A DNA stretch of 64,000 nucleotides from Camelus ferus (Eukaryota): the NCBI RefSeq assembly GCF_009834535.1, contig NC_045697.1, positions 3,286,001 through 3,350,000 on the forward strand. Direction: 5' to 3'. Each line of letters starts with the position of its first letter. Position 1 is the first letter of the stretch. Shown here one piece after another: positions 59,551 through 64,000 of the stretch. The notes beneath the pieces are model-generated. The model saw only the letters and a list, made by a program, of their open reading frames with translations. It was not told the origin of the DNA and ran no database searches. Both the position numbers and the translations under genes were made by a program.

Positions 59551-60420
59551 ATTTTTTTAAATAAACTTTTTAGTTTATCATAGTTTTAGATTCACAGAAA
59601 AGCTGCGAAGCTAGCACAGAGGGCCCCCACGCACCGCACACACGTCTCCTCTGTGACGAATAGCTCACGTTAGCACCACACGTTTGTCACACTGAGGACC
59701 CAGCGTCGGCACGCTCACGTTGTCTACAGCACACAGTACATTTCACCAGTTCTCCCACTGACGTCTTTTTTCCCACCCAGGCTCCCATGTGACACTTAGT
59801 CATCACGTCCCCTCGGGCTCCTCCAGGCTGGGACAGTTTCTCAGACTTCCCTTGTTTTTCCTGACCGTGGCAGTTTTGAGAAGGACCAGCCAGGTATTTC
59901 GTAGCTACGTCTCCATTTGGGGTTGTCGGATGTTTTTCTTGAGCTGGTGCTGTGGTCATGGGTTTTCGGGGGCAGGGCACAGAGGGGAAGTGTGGTCCTC
60001 ACTGCATCCCAGCCAGGGCACACGCTGGGGACAGGACCTGTCATCGCTGGCTGGATGGTGCTGGCCAGGATTCTCCTTGTAACACGACTCCTTTCCTCCC
60101 CACCTCCATGCTGTCCATCTGGGAGGAAGTCGCTGTGCAGGGCCCACACCTGGGGGGTGGGGAGGGAGGCGCCCTTCCTGGAGGGCGGAACAGCCACATA
60201 TATTATGTGGAATTCTGCCTGGGAGATTTGTCTTTCCTCCCCCATGTATTCGCTTACTCAATCATGTATTTATATCACCACGAACCCATGAATATTTATT
60301 TTACACTCTGAGTTGTATAATAGTATTTTCTTGTTGTGTTGTCCAGATTGCTCCAGCTCTGGCTACTGGGAGCTCTTTTGGGTCCCTGTGTCATCTTTGA
60401 CATAATCTCATTTTCCTTCA
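59551..60420 (-). mobile_element. L1MC-type 3' UTR fragment
   Basis: ttttagattcacagaaaagctgc...gacagtttctcagacttcccttgtttt...cagttttgagaaggac...caggtatttcgtag signature. Confidence 0.75.
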
Positions 60421-62179
60421 ACTTCTAAATGTTCTGCACGGCTCCTGGCTACCCTGGATAATCAGGAGACATGAAACGAAATCACCAAGACTTCTTCCGC
60501 ATCTTACCAGACACGGCACAGTTCATTCAGAACCCACTCACCACTCAGCCTGGCTCTGCGCCCGCCCCAGGCGGTGACCCCCACGCCTGGCTCTGTCTGA
60601 GCCGTCTAACCAGGGAAGCCCAAATTTCCCTCATTAAAGCGCTTTTCCAACGATGCATTTTTCACAATGTTCTTCTGACTTACTTACTGACCTCCCCCAT
60701 CAGGCTGTGCCCCAACTCCTTTGGGTTCCTTAAGCATCACCCGAGGCCTGACCCGAGCTGTCGGCTAACCCATTCCTGATGGACACACGAATGAACCTAT
60801 GCACGCACACATGCACGAGTGAGCAATTCCAGCTCAGTTTGTGACTCCTAAGGGAACTGTTTGCTTTTCTCCTCTGGGAGGAAAACATCCCTAGAGATAT
60901 TTAAGTAGCCCGGAGAGCAGAAGTCATCAACAGTCTCATTCTCTGATTCCTCCTCACCACTCAAAGCTTCACACATCAACGAAGTCTCATGCATTCATTC
61001 ATTCTTCCACAGTTGCTAAACCCACAGGATTAAATAAGAATTCAGGAATTCACAGGGCTTTGTGGAAGCAGAGCAGAGGGAAAAATTGCAGAGCAGGTGC
61101 AGAACAGAGAGGGCTTCATGGAAGAGGTGACACCCAGACAAGCCTTGAAGAATGAGTGGAAATTTGACCCAGACCCGGGGGAGAGTGTTTCAGGCAGAGA
61201 TGACAGCATGACCGAAAGCAAGCAGGCGGGGGTCCCTACCGAGACCATTTGCATCCTGACCACCTTTGTGGGTACTGTGCCCTCTGGCTGGAATGCACAG
61301 CAGGACCAAGACCCCCCTGCCCCAACCTCACCACTGATAATTCTGAATCAGATTTTAAAATCTCAAAATGGGCCACTTCAGCAAAGCTAAATATTTCTTT
61401 TGTTTTTGGCATCCCTGCTTTACAGGAGCCCCCAGCATGAGTTTAGCCTATCTTTGCAATGGGACACCCTCAGTCTTTGTATCTGCTCATCAAACACCGC
61501 CTTATCTACCAAGGCCTGTTTTGAAGGTCACCTCTTTCAGGAAGCCCTCCAGGATACACATCCTCCAATCGAGTTTTTCTCACCCATCCTCTGCCCTTTC
61601 CTCCAGCATCTTGTACATTCATTTGCTCCAGCCCAGCAGGGCTCACGTCTCCAGCACTGCCCTATCACCAGCTCGGGTAGGTGCCACGTTCCCAAAAAAC
61701 AGGTGTTGGTATTCCCACACAGAACGAGATCTCTGGGTGCAAGGTCGCCTCTCCAGGACAGCCCTCAGTTACAGCCAAGGCCCTGCCCGTGGTGGCATCG
61801 AGGGGGAAGGACAGAGGATCGGAGCAAGCCATTCTGGCCAGGGGCCCAGCAATCTGGATCGTGGGCTATTTTTGGCCTCAGAGTGAAACAAGTAAGCCAG
61901 GAAAGACGGGGGAAGAAAAAAGTGCTGACAAGGAAAGGATTATTGGAGCAAAGAAAACAAATCAATTAACATCGTGCAGAGCGGAGGCTGGCAGACTGTT
62001 CTTCCAAATTGGGAACCAGACTATTTTAAATGGTACATTTTCACTGCTTACTATTCTGGGGGAACATATGGTACCTGAACTAAGTTCTGGGGGCCCATGG
62101 GGCTGGGTGTCTTCAAAATCAGAGGCAACACGTTACAGAGAAATGGCTGACAGGTTCATTGGACTAGTGGCATCCCACG

Positions 62180-62340
62180 CAGGAGCCTCATGGTCTAATT
62201 TGCCAGGCCTGGTACAAATGCAAATGTGGGCTCCCTGTTCAAATAGAATGAGGAGTTTCAGGACAGCAGCAGGAGAATGTTAAAGCAAGCGGAGAGCCTT
62301 CTGCGACGGCCTGGGTCGCATACCCTCAGAGTGGGCCCTC
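62180..62340 (-). mobile_element. MER45A-like hAT-Tip100 MITE
   Basis: Matches reverse complement of recalled MER45A (taatttgc...gcc..gtacaaatgcaaatgtgggctccctgttcaaa...ttaaa.caagcg...ccttctg). Confidence 0.65.
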
Positions 62341-62344
62341 TCCC

Positions 62345-62500
62345 AAGCTGCTCAGTTAATAAGCTCTGGGACCAGCGGCAGCAGCGGCATGGGAACCTGT
62401 TAGAAGAGCAGTGTCTCGGCGGCACCCTGACCCGAGGGATCAGGGTCTACATTTTCTCAGGTCCCTGGTGAGTCCCGTGCGCGCTCCAAGTGCAGGGAGG
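62345..62500. mobile_element. MER5A-like hAT-Charlie relic
   Basis: ggaacctgttagaa...cagtgtctcggc.gcaccc.gacc...ggatcag...ctacattttctcaggtccctggtgagtc pattern. Confidence 0.5.
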
Positions 62501-62837
62501 CGCTAAGCCGCAGCCCCTGCCGGGTTCAGCCCCGCGTCCACAGGCGGTGTGGGTCTGAGCGCGCTGGCGGACCCCGGCCGCCTCCCCACCAAGTGACAAG
62601 GAGATACCGCTGCGCACTGGAGCACATCTGGGCCCGGTTTTAAGGGGGTTTCACTCCTCGCAGCCCTGCTCTCAGCCACTCTGAGGATGCTCTGCAGGGC
62701 AGAGATACCAATGACGGCCCTGGAGTCCAGGCAGGTCACTCGTGGAGCATGTAGCCCACGGCCCAGGCACAGAGGGGCAGGGGCAGTGCAGGCTTTGGCG
62801 GCCCTTGGAGCTGGGCTAAAGGCCTTCTTTGCCCCCA

Positions 62838-62985
62838 TGAGCTGTGCCACCTTGGGCGAATTCCTTGGCGTCTCTAAGCCTCAGTTTCCTCCTCTGTAAA
62901 ATGAAGATAGGGATTCCCATTGCATTGGCGATTCAAAGAGTTAAAGGAAACAATGTGTGTAACAGACTTAGCGCAGCCCTGGGCC
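62838..62985 (+). mobile_element. MIR SINE fragment
   Basis: gctgtgccaccttgggcgaattccttggcgtctctaagcctcagtttcctcctctgtaaaatgaagata. Further short MIR cores occur near 6335, 13370, 25350, 36230, 37880, 58070 and 58230. Confidence 0.75.
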
Positions 62986-64000
62986 GTGGCGAACCTACCG
63001 CGGGTGACAGTGGGCTTATTACTACAGCATTTGCTTTTAAAGAAGTTTAGTCCTTGGGTCAGGGTCCCAGAGCAGAGGCAGCTCAAAGGCGGGGGTGAGG
63101 ACAGTACAGAGAACATATGGTTCCCTCGCACCAGGGAGTCCTGGGACAGATATATGGACAGAAGGCAGAGAAGCCATCCCCAGGGCGCGTGAGCCGTGTC
63201 TCGGGGCTGAGGGGTGAGCCAGGGCACCTGAGTTTGAGTACCTCCCTCACTGTGTACCCTGGAACCTCCCCTGCTCCACCCTGGGCCTGGCCTCGGGCTG
63301 CGGGCCTCCTGGAGGGGCTGTCACCAGGGCCTGGCCTTGAAGGACGAAGAGGAGTTCGCCAGGAAAAGCCAGTGATGGTGGAGCTTCGTGGGACCAGCAC
63401 ATTGATTCTGGGGTGGGGAGTGGTAGGGCAGGACACATCTTCTGAAGAAAGTCACCTGCTTGGGGATTTTTCCCCCAGATCACATTAGTGACACATTTAT
63501 TGGATGTGCCTCTCTGATGCCAAAGTAGTCTGGACATCGGCGGGTCTGTAGCTGAGACCTGCTTCCCCCCATGTGGGACTCGCGGTGGAAGTGGGTGGTG
63601 GAGGCCTGACACCGGGCAGCAGGCACAGAGGAAGGCCAGCCCTGCGTGAGACACGAACGTGGCACAGGTCGCTGTGACCCAGGGTGACAAGAGATGCCAT
63701 GGAGCTGGCGTGCAACAGGGGTCCGGGGGAGGGAGAGTTCCCCGAGTCCCCTCCAGGCGAGGGCAGGGCAGGGGTCCTTGACCCCCAAGACCCAGCTCCC
63801 TGGGCCAACCTGCAGGCGGCTGAGCAGGATAGGCCCTGCCTTCCCCCAGCCTCTGCACCACCCCGCAAGGAACCTTGGGCCCTGCGTTAGACTACGGTCT
63901 AATGAGCTCTCTGCCGGGATGTGTGGGGTGGGAAAGCTGCAAAGTGGGCATGGCTGCGTCTGCGTGCTGATTCATAACCCTTCTGTAATTTCCCTTGCTC

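Noticed and set aside
56473-64000. Search for SORCS2 exon 3 or a nested gene such as PSAPL1
   Set aside because: No matching coding sequence found; the region is repeat-rich intron.
1-64000. CRISPR arrays, tRNA/rRNA/snRNA genes, NUMTs, processed pseudogenes
   Set aside because: None recognised by eye; the VNTR has no unique spacers. Infernal or tRNAscan would be needed to exclude diverged ncRNAs.

Overview
This is GC-rich mammalian genomic DNA lying entirely inside one gene, SORCS2 (VPS10-domain neuronal receptor), on the minus strand. Eleven consecutive coding exons were located by hand (56472 down to 4467). They correspond to human exons 4-14 by recalled numbering, all have GT-AG introns, and they splice into one uninterrupted frame encoding most of the Vps10p beta-propeller. 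The introns contain a near full-length Tigger1 nested in an old L1, an ERV-LTR/L1-ORF2 fusion, MaLR (MLT1) LTRs, MIR/L2/hAT relics, a 19-copy 40-bp VNTR, simple repeats and a 174-N assembly gap. I saw no Alu, B1/B2, CanSINE, PRE-1, Bov-tA/BovB or CHR-2 SINEs. Together with artiodactyl-type L1/LTR sequence, this suggests a camelid-like genome (inference). I found no convincing novel biological system, and nearly all ORFs in the supplied track are GC-rich noise. Three observations deserve a second look: (1) a ~94%-identical 145-bp direct repeat bracketing the in-frame exon 11+12 module; (2) sharply localised AT-to-GC/CpG-gain patches inside old transposons, possibly fossil recombination hotspots; (3) loss of an N-glycosylation sequon in exon 7. 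Repeat family names, exon numbers and human/consensus comparisons come from memory, not database searches.
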